Shown here piece by piece: positions 12,836 through 26,000 of a DNA stretch of 64,000 bases; positions within the stretch are counted from its first letter, which is position 1; every line of letters begins with the position of its first letter. The translations under genes were made by a program, and so were the position numbers. Under the pieces are notes generated by a model, which did not search any database, had not been told where the DNA came from, and saw only the letters and a program-made list of their open reading frames with translations. This stretch comes from Lama glama (lineage: Eukaryota). The stretch spans positions 49,354,001-49,418,000 of the forward strand of contig CM052818.1 in the NCBI GenBank assembly GCA_028534125.1, given 5' to 3'.

Positions 12836-14588
12836 TCTTTATATTGAAGTAGAGTTGATTTACAATGTTGTGTTTGTTTCTGGTGTACAGCAAAGTGATC
12901 CTGTTACGTATATATAAATTACATAGATATGCAATATTTTTATATATATGTAATGTATGTGTAATGTACATATACATGTGACATATATGTAATATATATG
13001 TGTGTGTACATATATGTGATATATATATATATAAATATATATAAAATATCTTTCACCTCCCTGATCAGGTTTATCCCCAACTATTTTTGATGCAACTTTA
13101 AAAGGGATTCTTTTCGCTTTCCTTTTGCTATTTCATTGTTAGTATAAAGAAGTGAAACCGATTTCTGCACACTAGTCTTGTGTCCTGCTACCTTGCTGAA
13201 TCCATGTTTCAGTTCTATTAGTTTTTGTGTAGAGTCTTCAGGGTTTTATATCTTTAGCACCACGTCATCTGCATATAGTGACAATTTTACCTCTTCCCTT
13301 CCGATTCAGATACCTGCTATTTATTTTCTTGTCTGATTGCCGTGGCAAGGATTTCCAATGCTATGTTGAATGGAAGTCACGGGAGTGGGTACCCTTGCCT
13401 TCTCCCAGATGTCTGTGGGACGGCTTTCAGTTTCTCTCCATTGAGTCCTAGGTTAGCTGTGGGTTTGTCATATGTAGTTTTTATTCTGTTGAGATATGTT
13501 CCTTCTATACCCACTTTGGTAAGAGTTTTATTATGAATGGATATTGAAGTTTATTGATTTTTCTGTGTCTGTTGAGATAATCATGTGGTTTTTGTCTTTC
13601 CTTTCACATTGGTTTACATATGTTGAGCCATGCTTGTAACCCTGGGGTGAATTCAACTTGATTGTGGTGTATGATCTTTTTCCATGTGTTGCTGGATTCT
13701 GTTTGTTAATATTTTGTTGAGAATCTTTGCATCTATACTCACCAAAGATATTGGCCTGTAATTTTCTTTTTTGGTAGTGTCTTTGTCTGATTTTGGTATC
13801 AGTGTGATGGAGGCTTCCGAGAATGACTTTGGGAGTGTTCCTTTTTCTCCAGCCGTCAGGAAGAGTTTGAGCAGAATCAGTGCAAGTTCTTTTCTGTATG
13901 TTTGGTAGAATTCCCCGATGAAGCCATTTGCCCGGGACTTCTGTTTGCAGGGAGTTGGTCTGTCTGTTTATTTGTTTTGACAGATTCTATTTCACTTCTA
14001 ATGATCCTTCTGCTCACATTGTCTGTTTCTTCTTGATCGAGTTCTGAAGGACTGTATGTTTCTGGAGACCTGCCCATCCCCTCTGGGCTGCCCGGCGTGC
14101 TGGTGTGTGCCTGTTCACAGCGTTCTGTCTGGTCTGCTGCATTTCTGCAGTGTCAGCTGTTATGTCTCCCCTTTCAATTTCTCAGGTATTTGTGTCCTCT
14201 CTCTTCTCTCCCTGATGAGCCTGGCCAGAGGTTTGTCAATTTCGTTTATCCTTTCAAAGAATCAGTGCTTTGGTTTCATTGATTTTTCTGTTTTTTTAAA
14301 TCTCTCTTTTGCTTATTCCCTCTCTGATCTGTGTTACTTCCTCCCTCCTACTGACTTTAGGTGTTGTTTGTTCTTCTTTCTCTGATTCTTTTAGGTGGTA
14401 GTTTAGGTTGTTTATCTGAGATTTTTCTTATTTTTTTGAAGAAGGCCTGTATCACTATGAACTTCCCTCTGAGGACTGATTTTGCTGCATCCCATAGATT
14501 CTTGTATGTTTGCGTTTTCATTGTCATTTGTCAAGGCATTGTTTAATTTCCTCCTTGATTTCATCATTGAGCCATTGGTTTCTTCAGT
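12836..14588 (-). mobile_element. Artiodactyl-type L1: 3' terminus, (TA)n tract and ORF2 fragment, with internal deletion
   Basis: Antisense 3' end 'attgaagtagagttgatttacaatgttgtg...tctggtgtacagcaaagtg'. Minus-strand peptides 'DNENANIQESMGCSK' and 'LDQEETDNVSRRIIRSEIESV...PANRSPG' are decayed ORF2. Confidence 0.9.
12908..13045. repeat. (TA)n/(TATG)n tract within the L1 3' UTR
   Basis: Read directly. Confidence 0.9.
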
Positions 14589-15924
14589 TAGGTCTTTAAA
14601 AAAATACCAACTGTAAAAAGTTAAACAGTGGACCACATAATGAAAGACACACAAAAATGTATAACATAGCAGAGTATGTTTAACGTAAAATGGTGGGAGA
14701 AAATGAGACTAATCATACCAGTTATTTCTGTGAAGCCATTTGAGGTCAATGGGTCCTCAGAACCAGCAGAGCTCACAGCCAAACACGGTGCCAAGCCTTC
14801 CAGCCACAGTTCCTGCAAAGGTTTAAAATTCATCTCCATAGGCCACGCATCTTCTTAAAAGGCGTCTTATTTTCCATACGCATATGTAACTTGAACATGA
14901 AAAAAATTATCCTCATCTGAGAGAAAGCAAATGAAATATGAATCCAGACCATCTAAGGCCTTCACACACCGCTTCCCAGGGTGGGGCCTCCTCAGCCCAG
15001 GTTTAGTTGTTGCAGAACCGGACACAGCCCCTCCCCGTGCACGTGGCTCCCACCTCACCACTGCCTCCTCCTGCCTTTCCTGCAGCCGTGAGCAGCTTTG
15101 CTCGGGCAAGGCTCTGAGTGGTCCTCTTACTGGTAGCAGTTGTGGTATAAATCAGACCGGTGCAATTTCTCTTCCATCTTCTGCTCAATCAGAAATTGCA
15201 AAAGGCTGCCAACCCTGTCAGACCGGCTGTTTAATTTGCAATGGGAGGAGGTCAGACACTTTTTAAAAAATTAAAATAAAATAAAAAGCAAAATAGAATA
15301 CCTACCACCATAAACTTAGAACATTGGAGAAACTGTCTTAAGCAAATTGGTTTTGTGTAAAATCACCCTCTTGTAAAAGTAACACCAACTTTCACTTAAC
15401 GTGAAATCTTAAAGTGAGCAGGTCAGGAGGCACTAGGAAATCCTTAGGGAAACCAAGGGTGAATATTCATTTTGGAAAGTTCACATCTTCTGCCTCTCGC
15501 GGGTGGAGTCCCCCTACAGTCTGTCTTCCTCTCTTGCTGTCAGCTTGGAAAGACAGGAATTCGGCACGAAAACACTTCTTAGACACTCCTGAGAGACTGC
15601 CGAATGCCACAAGGAGGGCCTGCCCTGCCCCCAGGGCCCGAGGCCACCGTCTGCCCACGGAGCACTCTCCGCCCCCTTGGCGCCGACCCCGTGCATGCCA
15701 GGCGCCGCGGCAGGCCGGGCTCAGAGACACAGAACCGCAAGGGCCTCCATCCCCGTCTGCAGGACACTCACACTCTAGTCGGAAAGACAGATGTGCAAGC
15801 AGACAAGCAGGAAAGCGTCATCCCAGGGCGATGACAGGACACGAGGGCAGCTCAGCAGCGGCGGCGAGGGTGGACTGAGACCCCAAGTTCAGGGCAAAAC
15901 GCGAGCATGCGCGGAGGGTGTGCC

Positions 15925-16022
15925 CATGTGTGATATGCACATGCGTGTGCGTGTGTGTCCTGTGCACACGTAAATGCGTATTGTGTACTTGTGTTGCATG
16001 GTATGTGTACGTGTGTGTGTGT
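15925..16022. repeat. Degenerate (TG)n tract
   Basis: Alternating purine-pyrimidine run, read directly. Confidence 0.8.
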
Positions 16023-16809
16023 AGCGGAGGAGGGAGGTGCTGAGGGAGGGGGACAGGGCTAAATGCTCCCGCAGAGACAACACGAGCCCATCGGACTGAC
16101 CGGTGCATGTGGCATGTCACAGAAGCCGTCACCAACCCTCCCATCTCACAGCAGGAACCTCACGTCCAGCTCTTGCTCCACCTGATGATTCTCACAGAAA
16201 CATGGCCGCGCCGCTGCCCCAGGCAGCGGAGGAGAAGGCGTTTTAAGCCCTTAGCAGAAACACATGCCCACTGCTACCCACCGGCCCTCCACTGGCCCCC
16301 TCCCCCCGCCCATGCCCCTGAGCGTGGCCCTGGGCCCAGCCTGCCACCCTGTCCGCCCACCCCGACCGGTCTGGGCCACCGTCTCGTCTGAACGAGACAC
16401 TCATTCATTCAGGCCCGTGACACTCTCCTGCCTCTGGATGGCCTTTGAGCAAGCCCTTCACTACATTCAAGACGGAGGAGCAGACCCTGGGGACTCGGGA
16501 CGCACGCTGTGGTTTGGCTTCTCGGATGATCACTGGAGCTGCCGATACTGTTTTTTTAGAGAAATGTCTTTCAAGTACCTGGCTCCAAGTGACAACTGAG
16601 GAGAGAGAGGCTTCCGCTGTCCCAGAGACTCAGAGCAGCAGCACATACACGAAGGCTACACGGCCGCAGCTGTGCGCTTACAGCTCAAGGAATCCGGGAC
16701 GCTCTCTCGGGGACGTGTGGGCGGGGACATGCTGACACAGGCACCGTCACCACACGACAAGGACGTGAGTGAGGAGACATCTTTTCAGCAGCGCCGTGTC
16801 GGGTGTCAC

Positions 16810-16895
16810 TCACACAGCCCTGCAGCATGGCATTATTACCCCATTTTACAGATTAGGAGACTGAGAGTCATGAGGATAGATCACTTACTCAGAAA
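16810..16895 (-). mobile_element. MIR core fragment
   Basis: 'attattaccccattttacagattaggagactgag' is the MIR core in antisense. Confidence 0.8.
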
Positions 16896-19420
16896 AGAAT
16901 AATAGACAACATGAAGCCAGTGGTGAGAGCAGCAGGAGCTTGGGGTGAGTTCTGCTGTTTCCAAACGCCAGAGAAATGCACCCACTAAAAGGCACTAAAC
17001 GCTCTGACTCCCAGCTCTTCAACCACCGTCTCAGTGAACCTCAGCCCGGGGCCTCGACAAACCCATCCATCTAGTCATCTAAGTTAGTAGCTGGCTGCGT
17101 GGGGCAGCCAGCCTGTAACAGGGCCACAAACAACAGACAAGCTCATTTTCCTCTCAAATGAAAGAATTCAGAGTTAGGCGGTCAGCACGTCTACGACGCG
17201 TGGCCCTGAAGGACCAGGCCCCGGATCTCACTGCTGGGCCACTTCTGAAACGTGCCCTTGTCTCTGTTGTCCGAGGCGGCTGCAGAGACTTGAGCTGGGA
17301 CCGGGTTCCGGGCCAAAGGCAGCACAGAGAGGCACAGCCCCTCCCTTGGAGGAGAGCTTCCCGGAGACACCACAGGCTCCTTTCACAGCTCCTGGTCAGA
17401 GCTGGCTCACGGTGAGCGCAGCAGCGAGGGAGGCTGGCGCTCTGCCACCCAAGGCGGGGTGGGCGTCGGGCGGGGAGCAACACGCCGCCTCTTCCTCCCG
17501 CGTCACCGACGTGGACTGTGAGCCTGCACCCGTGTTAGGGGAGAGGCGCCTAGACTCGCTGCCCACGTGGTCCAGCTACGCCTCCCGCCCGCCTCCACAA
17601 ATCGAGAACTTAACTTTCACACAATAAAAGCGCACACGTTCACCTCCTGCGTTCGGAAGCATCTCTGTCGATCGCCTGCACGGGTCAGTGTCACTGGAAC
17701 GATCTTAACAACGAGCGTTACAGTTTAATCTGCGCATCGGCATTGATTCAAACAGCTAAGCTGGAGGGAGTTTCTCGGCAAAGGCTCTGCAAGTGTCTGG
17801 GCTGAGTGGCCTGCTGAATTTTAAATACACTCCTAGTGCGCCCTCAGAAAGGACGCCGGGCGCCCCTGAGGGCGGTCGGCCCTGCTTCCAGGTATACCTC
17901 CACCAGCTAAGGCACCTCAAGAGCGTGCTGGGACTCCAAACCAGTGACTCATGAGGTTTTAAAGTTGTACTTATTGAGACAGAGCCAGAGACAGGATCCA
18001 AAACTCCATCTCCAGTTCACTTTATTGGCTTTGGGATTTGAGTTGTCTGAAGATGATTCCTTATAATCTAAACTTTAAGGGACTGTGACAAAGAAACAAA
18101 AACTGTAAGGCTTTTGCCCCAAAATCAGTTCTTTGAAAGAAAATGTTGCATGCTTAAATATTCGAATAGGAAGAAAATCCTAATTCTGCTTGATCAGTTT
18201 GATCATCAGATAGGGATTTGTAAACGGTGCGCTCAGAGCAAGCACTCCGTCATGCTGTTTAGCCACAAAGAAGTCGTTTGTTTTTCAAAGTTTTTCCCTG
18301 AAAAGTTAAAATATAATCCTCAGTGGGGTGAAGAGTCAGAGAGTTGTAACCGCACGCATTTCGTTTTCTGGAAGCTGAAACATGGTGACTAGCAACAGTG
18401 CTGCACAGAGGAACTCAGATGCCCCTCTTCGCCCTTACACCTCCTCCAAGTGTATATACTGGGGGACACAGATTCCTTTTTCCTAGAAAAGCTAGGACGA
18501 GCATAAAGCAAGTCACTTATAAAAGTCTTACAATAATTAGAAGGAATCTGCTTCAGTGCTGATTAAAAGATGCCGGTTTGTATGTGAGCTTACATCTTTA
18601 AGGCGTCTCCCTCTTGGCCTTTTAACGTAAATTCTGAGCAGCATCCTGAGTTTGGGGAGTTGGAAGTGACGTGCCAGGCCCTGTCCTTGGAAACTGACCC
18701 CTGTTCTTACCTGCCTAGAGTACCTTCCGCCATCCTTCAAAACCTCTACCAAGAAATGCCCCAGAACTTCTCACAGTTAAATCAACGATCTCCTTTTTCC
18801 GCAGCCTCCACAGCCACGTATCTTAATGGAAAATCTAAGGTGAAGCATTGAAAATATTTAATACTGAGTATTTTTAATTTGTGGCTTTCAATTTAAAATT
18901 TTATTTTTAAATTATTGTATTTGTTCACCATCAGCAACTTAAATTTTTCTTCCATCCTTCCTCCCTTCCCTCCTTCCATTTCTTTCTTGGCATTTTAACA
19001 GCTAAGAAAATAGTAAATTAGAAACCAGACTCAGAATTACATGTCTCGGCAAAAACACATGGCTGTTGAATCACGTAAAACCGGGAGTATGCGGTAAACC
19101 GTTCCTGCGAGCGGGCTGGGAGGGGAAGCAGTGTGTCTGCACATCCTTGCTCCAGGGACACAGGAATCAGAAATGGGGAGCTTCCTTGAATAAAGTTTAA
19201 AACCTCGGAAAACTGGTGATAACAGCTTTGGGAAAGTGTCAAGGACTGAAAGGGGGGGGTTAGCCTTTACTTATTATATAAACACTTAAATTTCTGAGAA
19301 TCATGTAAGTTCCTCAAGAAAAGGCGGAGAAGTTTGCAGGTATCACAGAGTGAACGGACATACCTCTCACCCCGTGTATCTTGAAACACAGTTTCTGCAC
19401 ATCCAGAAAATAACCAAGCC

Positions 19421-20047
19421 TGTGACGCAGGAGAACAGACATGGGGAGTGAGGAGGGCCGCGTCCCAGGCTTCGGCTGAGCCCCTGGGACGTGCCCCGCC
19501 AAGCGTGGGTCCTTGGCTTCACGTAGGAAAGAATTCAAGAGCTAGGCCACAGCTGAGTGAAGGTAGATTTATTCAGAGAGATACACTGAAGGGCAAGAGG
19601 AAGGCCACAAGGTGTGGGGGTGGGTGCTCAGATTAAAAGCAGGTACACACTCCATAGACAGACTGTGGGCCGTCTCCAAAGAGGGGGAGAGAGGGGGCGG
19701 CAGCCTTGAGGCACCGTGTTGCCAGTTTTTTGGGGCTCAGTGGCTTCATGTGCTAATACATGGAAGGGCCAGTCTAAGCAGTCGGGGAAGGGGCCGGGGT
19801 TCCCAGGAGGTTGGCCATTCCCCACTCCGCCCTTCTGCAGCCAGCCTGGGGACTGCGCGGTGCCTGTGGGCATGGAATTCACCATGCTTATATTACAATA
19901 AGCATATAATGAAGCTCGAGATCTGCTAGAAGTCAAATCTCCCACCATCCTGAGCCTCAAGGCCCCCCGGGGGTTGACTCTTCCACCATTCTGGTGCTAA
20001 TTGCCATGGCACCCCCTGCATGGCTGTGCCCTGCCCCTCCTGCCTCA
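19421..20047 (-). mobile_element. ERV1-like solo LTR (~630 bp)
   Basis: On the minus strand it starts TGAGGCAGGAGG and ends ...GCGTCACA (TG...CA), with AATAAA (plus-strand tttatt near 19570) about 150 bp from its 3' end. No clean TSD seen. Confidence 0.75.
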
Positions 20048-21949
20048 CTGGGTCTTCATTCTCCTTCTCCTGGCTATGTCATTGCCACGTTATTAAATAA
20101 TAGCACATGCTGAAGAGTGTCTTTCTTTATTTGAGTCCAAAGCACTGCATTAATTGTTCAAAATGAAACGGGAACGGACTTACCTAGAGCCCCGGGTCCT
20201 GCAGGCGTGAGCAGGGCACTGAGTCCTGAGCGGATTTCCTCCAAGTGCTCAGATGAGCTCGGATGTCTTAAATAAACGTTTTGCCAATGTGATTCTGTTA
20301 AGTGAGGCACAGAAGGCATTTTGAATTTAAAGGAATTGTGTTCCGTCTTTTGAAATGGGAAAAACTGTATGTCCTACCCTGTATGTAACGACGCCCCCCT
20401 GAGCAGCCAGCCGCCTCCCCGCCTGCAACAGCCGGCACGCTCTGCTGCTTCGAGTGGACCGGAGCTCCGTTCTCCCTCCTTCCCTGGCCTCTCCTGGAAG
20501 GCGGACTGGGGTGCTGGGTGCCACCTGCCGTGGCACAGCCCCCCACCAGGGCCTCCTCGCCCCTCCCCACTCAGTGGTCCATTTACGACCATCAGTGAAA
20601 GGGACGAAGCTGCAGGAAGGGGCAGCTGGGAAGAAGGAGACCAGACGTCCGGTCGGGCCTGATGCCCCCACAGGAAGCTGCCTCACACAGATGTGGCTTC
20701 AACAACCGCAGCAGGTGTCAGAGGACCCGGAGGAAGTCCTCCTCCGTCTCCAGGGGGACTGTGTGGCCTGCTCCCTGGAGGTCTCTGGATGTTCGCTGCC
20801 TCCTCCTTGAAACAGGCAGCCGGGCACTCCCAGGCCGCCTCCCAGGCTCACGTGAGGGTCGGCGCACAGTGGGATAGACCCTCCGTCTCCTGTGAGGCGG
20901 CACAGCTCAGGGCCCCGGGCTGTGAGTTCTCGTCTTCTATGTCTCCGTCTCCCCACCTAAGTTTTGATTCCTTTTCTTTGTCTTGTTTTTAAGGCCTCTG
21001 TCTTATGTCTATACCCTAGTCACTTGGGATGTTGTGAATAAAAGCACACTCAACAAATGCTGGGGGGATGGGATTGAATAAAGAAAACCAGAGAAAATGA
21101 AAGCATTCAATTAATAACTCCCTCGTTAACTGCAACCACTCGCTAATCACAGGCCAGTAATCTGTGAACTTCGTACCAATCCTAGTCTCTTAGAAGCCAG
21201 AACACCCAACCCGTTCAACCTGTGATCTGAATGTAGTCTATGACCTCTGGCGGGTCAGCCTCTCGGCCTAGACCAAGGCTCCTTGGAGGTCTGCGTTCAA
21301 TTCTTAAAGAGTGTCTTAGGGTATAAATAGGTCAAAACTCAGAAGCAAGTGCTTTCAAAAGACCAGTTGTGCAAACAGCACACGAAGTGCCTTATGTTTA
21401 TCAGTCCACAGCGGGGAGCCTGTGTTCCCCTACTCTGAGAACTTTCCAGACCAGAAGGATATCAAATGTAGTCAAAAACCAGCAACCAAACACATACACG
21501 AGTCAAGCTAAATAACCTGAGGGCCCGCCGCCCTGCAGAGGGCCGGTCTGGAATGCCCCCTCACCCTGCATGGAAAAGAAGAGCCATGTCGGGAGGAAAA
21601 CTGGTCTGACCGGGACGGGAGGAGGAGGAGGAGGAAGGCCATTCGGGGGAGGCTGAGTCCTGAGCTGAAACACCATGGGACAAATGCCTGTCTCTGGAGG
21701 ACACAGTCAATTTATGAAAAACTTGAGTATGTGCCCGGGAGTTCACAATGACAGAGTATGAAACCTGGACTTTAGAACAGATACCAGCACACAGACCTGC
21801 AGCCCTGGGGCCGCTGCTCCAGCAGCAACATGCATGATGAATACAATTATTTCAAGAAAGGACAGCAAAGAAATACTTTAACTGCCTAAAAGATTGTGCT
21901 TATGTTAGACTTTAAAATATTTGTATCTTCTAGAAAAAAAAATTATGTC

Positions 21950-22140
21950 TTTTTTTAACTTTTTTTTATTGAGTTATAGTCATTTTACAATGTTGCGTCA
22001 AATTCCAGTGTAGAGCACAATTTTTCGGTTATACGTGAACGTACATACATTCATTGTCACATTCTCTTTCACTGTGAGCCACCACAAGATCCTGTATATA
22101 TTTCCCTGGGCTGCACAGTACAATCTTGCTGATCTATTCT
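21950..22140 (-). mobile_element. Truncated young camelid L1 3' end
   Basis: Reverse complement of the 3' UTR at ~56390-56570; poly-T at the left edge. Confidence 0.9.
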
Positions 22141-23289
22141 ATGTTCGTACCTTCTAAATATATTGATTGACTCAAATTCTTCGCTCCAAATAACTTTTGT
22201 TCATTGTTTTTTATCTCATAATAAGATAATTCAAATAAAATTATAATTAAAAAATGGAAGAATTAATATTGTCCACAGTGACATAAAGATACAGCAAATA
22301 TGCGATATTTGTAACATTCTTAGGAATTTTTGGTGCTGTTTGGGTCTTGAAAGCTGTCTTGTAGAATAATTTCCAAAAGGAAAACTGGATAAATAATGTA
22401 AGATAATATTTTAATTCATGGGAAGTGGAATCAGCAGTGAAGCTGTCCTGGCATCCAGCCTGGTCCATTTCGCTGGTGATTCCCCCTCTTCATCTACAAA
22501 GTCAAAATCAATTTTTGATGGGCACTGGGAGATACGCTTTTTCCGCTCTCTTTTCTTGCTCTAATTCCTTTAAAACACGGATTAAGTGTCACTGAGTTAA
22601 ATCACCCAACTCAAATTTACTGAAGAGGGATTTTCGACATTCGTTGTGGAAGAAATTAGAAACCCATAAAGACAGGGAAGTTCGGGGTCTAGAAAATTCC
22701 ATCAGGACGAGGGAGCGGAAGCTCGAGGATGTGGCCGCTGTCACTTTCCCGCTGGGCTCCCGCGGTTCAGGATTTACGCCACGCAGCACATGGTGTGCAA
22801 CGTGCAGGCCGTTTGGAGGTCAGAGTCTCGCTTTCCCTGAAGATTTATGCCACAGGGAGCACCTTCAGCTGTGAGCTCGCACCCTCTTCTCTCCCTGCTC
22901 TGCGCAAACATGAAGGACGGGGAGGGCACGCCTCCGCCTCCCGCCTTAGAGGACGCAGCTGCACCCCGAAAGGCCAGAGAGTGCTCGGAAGCTGCTTGTG
23001 TATGAAGCAGGACGGCGTGCTGAGCGTGCGCTGTGGAACTGAAGCAACGCCATCACAGCAGACAGACCCGCATTTACAGAAACAGCATGCGCTCCGATCC
23101 AAAGATGAGCCTCACCAGTTCGGCAGCATCTGCGCTGCGTGTTCCATGGCATCACCAACCTTACTTGTCATTTTCATTATCATGTGATTTGTGTCATGCC
23201 TGGGAGAGCGACTGCCCCAGTGTTCTCTGGCTTGCTCGCAAATAAAACCTTAAAGGTAGCTTTTCATGGAACATTGGCTGGTTGGGAGT

Positions 23290-23560
23290 ATGAGTGGATT
23301 TTAGCGCCAGGTGGACCTGGACTCTGACTTTGTTGGCTGCTCATGAGCCGTGTGACCGTGATTGAGTTATTTCTGTCAGACACCTGTCAGTCAGGCCTGT
23401 CAGGCCCGAGAACTGCGGAGATAAGACCACAAAGTCCCCGCCTTTAAAACGCGCAGACACTCGGGGGACAGTTACGTGCGATGATGACGGATGGATTACC
23501 ACTGAGACTGGGGATCATTCCAACTCACAGGATTTATGTGAAACGTGCCTGGGGGGCCTG
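23290..23560 (+). mobile_element. MIR, degenerate and possibly interrupted
   Basis: 'gacctggactctgactttg...gccgtgtgaccgtgattgagttattt' and 'caactcacaggatttatgtga' resemble MIR. Confidence 0.45.
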
Positions 23561-24165
23561 TCAGGATTCAGTAAAGAGAGGAGGACCACTCGAGGCACGG
23601 AAGCAAACAAAAAATAAAGGAGTGATTTGGGAACTTACGTGGCAAATGAAAAGTCTGAAGAAATGAAAGTCAAGGGAACCAGAACCCTTGACTCAGAAGT
23701 TGACGGATGCAGCTGAGGTTGCAAAGGTCTGAACTGCACCTGCTACCCAGAGGCCCAGAGATGACTGGGGAGCACCGGCGTCACGGGTCCTCTGCAGACC
23801 CCAGGGAGCACCTGCCCCCTCTGCAGGAGAAGGAGTAGTATCTGCCCCTCCGCCCTCCGGAACTCACAGGAGTGGGCCTCGCAGCCAGACCAGAACAGAA
23901 GCGGAGCCCCAGGGAGGGCAGATCACTTGTCTTTTAATCTGCAAGCTGCTCGGCTTCATGGAGCCCTATCAGGGCCAAACGGGGAAGACAGCTCAGAGAC
24001 GGGGGGCTCTCGTGAACCCAGCGTGTGTATGGAGCCTAGAGTCGTGCCCTAAGAGTGGGTGCGAGGGGCTTTCGTATGAGGGGACAGAAAGCCAGCTGTG
24101 GTACAGACAGCTAACTGTCCGCCCTGAACAACTGCTCTTCCTTCCTGGAGAAACTGACTGAAGAC

Positions 24166-24665
24166 NNNNNNNNNNNNNNNNNNNNNNNNNNNNNNNNNNN
24201 NNNNNNNNNNNNNNNNNNNNNNNNNNNNNNNNNNNNNNNNNNNNNNNNNNNNNNNNNNNNNNNNNNNNNNNNNNNNNNNNNNNNNNNNNNNNNNNNNNNN
24301 NNNNNNNNNNNNNNNNNNNNNNNNNNNNNNNNNNNNNNNNNNNNNNNNNNNNNNNNNNNNNNNNNNNNNNNNNNNNNNNNNNNNNNNNNNNNNNNNNNNN
24401 NNNNNNNNNNNNNNNNNNNNNNNNNNNNNNNNNNNNNNNNNNNNNNNNNNNNNNNNNNNNNNNNNNNNNNNNNNNNNNNNNNNNNNNNNNNNNNNNNNNN
24501 NNNNNNNNNNNNNNNNNNNNNNNNNNNNNNNNNNNNNNNNNNNNNNNNNNNNNNNNNNNNNNNNNNNNNNNNNNNNNNNNNNNNNNNNNNNNNNNNNNNN
24601 NNNNNNNNNNNNNNNNNNNNNNNNNNNNNNNNNNNNNNNNNNNNNNNNNNNNNNNNNNNNNNNNN
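24166..24665. other. Assembly gap (500 N)
   Basis: Exactly 500 N, probably a fixed-size placeholder. Confidence 1.
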
Positions 24666-25239
24666 CATGCTTTTTTTTAAACTCACAATAAACTCTTTAT
24701 CAAACACCTACCTGAACATTAAAGAACAGGAGTTTAAAATGAGTAGGAATTTAGATTATTTTCAACTTTTATTTGTCATTTATTAAAAGTTAAGCATGTC
24801 ATCAAATGCTGTTCCTAAAAGTTGGCCATTAAAGATGCTTTGACCCGACAGCGTGCAGTCTTCTCCCAAAGCACCACGCACACTCACCTCCCTTTGTTTT
24901 TGCTAAATCCCACTTATGGGAGAGAATGTCAAATTCATATGTTTGTCCTCAGAGACTTACACAAGTGTCCCTTACATTGTAGGTTCCCTGCAAATGTTTG
25001 CAGACCGAATGCTGGTGTAAAACATTCCCAGCCTACTAAGATCTTGCCAAAGGCTGTCTCCCAGAGAAATTACTCTGTTTCTGAAAGTCCAAGAAAAAGA
25101 TTCAGTATGATTTTCCCCATTAAAAAATTCCATATGCGTAGGGTAAATAGATACATACACATATAGACACCGTGCTTCAACCGCAGCTATTGAATTGCAC
25201 TAAAAAAATTCTACCCTTAATTTAACTTTTCTGCAAGGA

Positions 25240-26000
25240 TTAGTTAATTAATTTATACACCCCCAGATATTTAGGTGTACTGATAGGTGTACTACATGCC
25301 AGACACCCAGGGACGTAACACTGAACAAGGTAGGTGCGCCACCAGCCTCCCAGGGCTTGCATTCCAGCGAGGGAAGCTGACAACAGCAAGTGAGCGTGCA
25401 GGTAACACGTGTCAGCGCTAAAGACGGGGCGGAGCAGTGGAGCTGACTGCAGACCCAGGAGGGTAGGCTGTGACCGGTGAGAGCAGGTGGGTCACAGTGG
25501 GGTGATGTTTTAGTTGGACATGACAGGCAGGGCCACTTTGAGAAGATGACAGCTCAGAGGACCTGGAAAAAAAAATGTATAAACAGGTCATGCAAAGTCC
25601 TTGAGGCAGAGACGAGCTTGGTGTGTACAAAGAACTCCAGGCAGGCCAGCTGGGCTGGAGCAGAGAAGGAAAAGGACTGGTTAAAAATGGCTCTGAGACG
25701 GCTGACAGGGCAGATCCCGCAAGGCTGGCCTGTCATCCCCCACATCTGAGGGGGTGCTGTGAGGGAACTGCGAAGAGAGGAGGGGGGTTCATGTAAACGA
25801 CATTCTAACAAGAGCTACCTGGATGCTGTGAGTGAGAAGAGGCCAGCAGAGAAACAGCGATGAGGCGGGGTGACCAGAGAGCAGGGAGAGATGGCCACAG
25901 TCTGGATGAGAACGGGACTTGAAGGACAGAAAAAGAGTTTCGCCAAGGACCCAGGACTTCTCTCCACTTGGACATATGCAGTGTGCTAGCCTTTTAAACT
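25240..26000 (-). mobile_element. L2 (L2a-like) 3' region
   Basis: 'gtactacatgccagacacccagggacgtaacactgaacaag' and 'gagcttggtgtgtacaaagaactccaggcaggccagctgggctggagcagag' resemble antisense L2. Confidence 0.75.
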
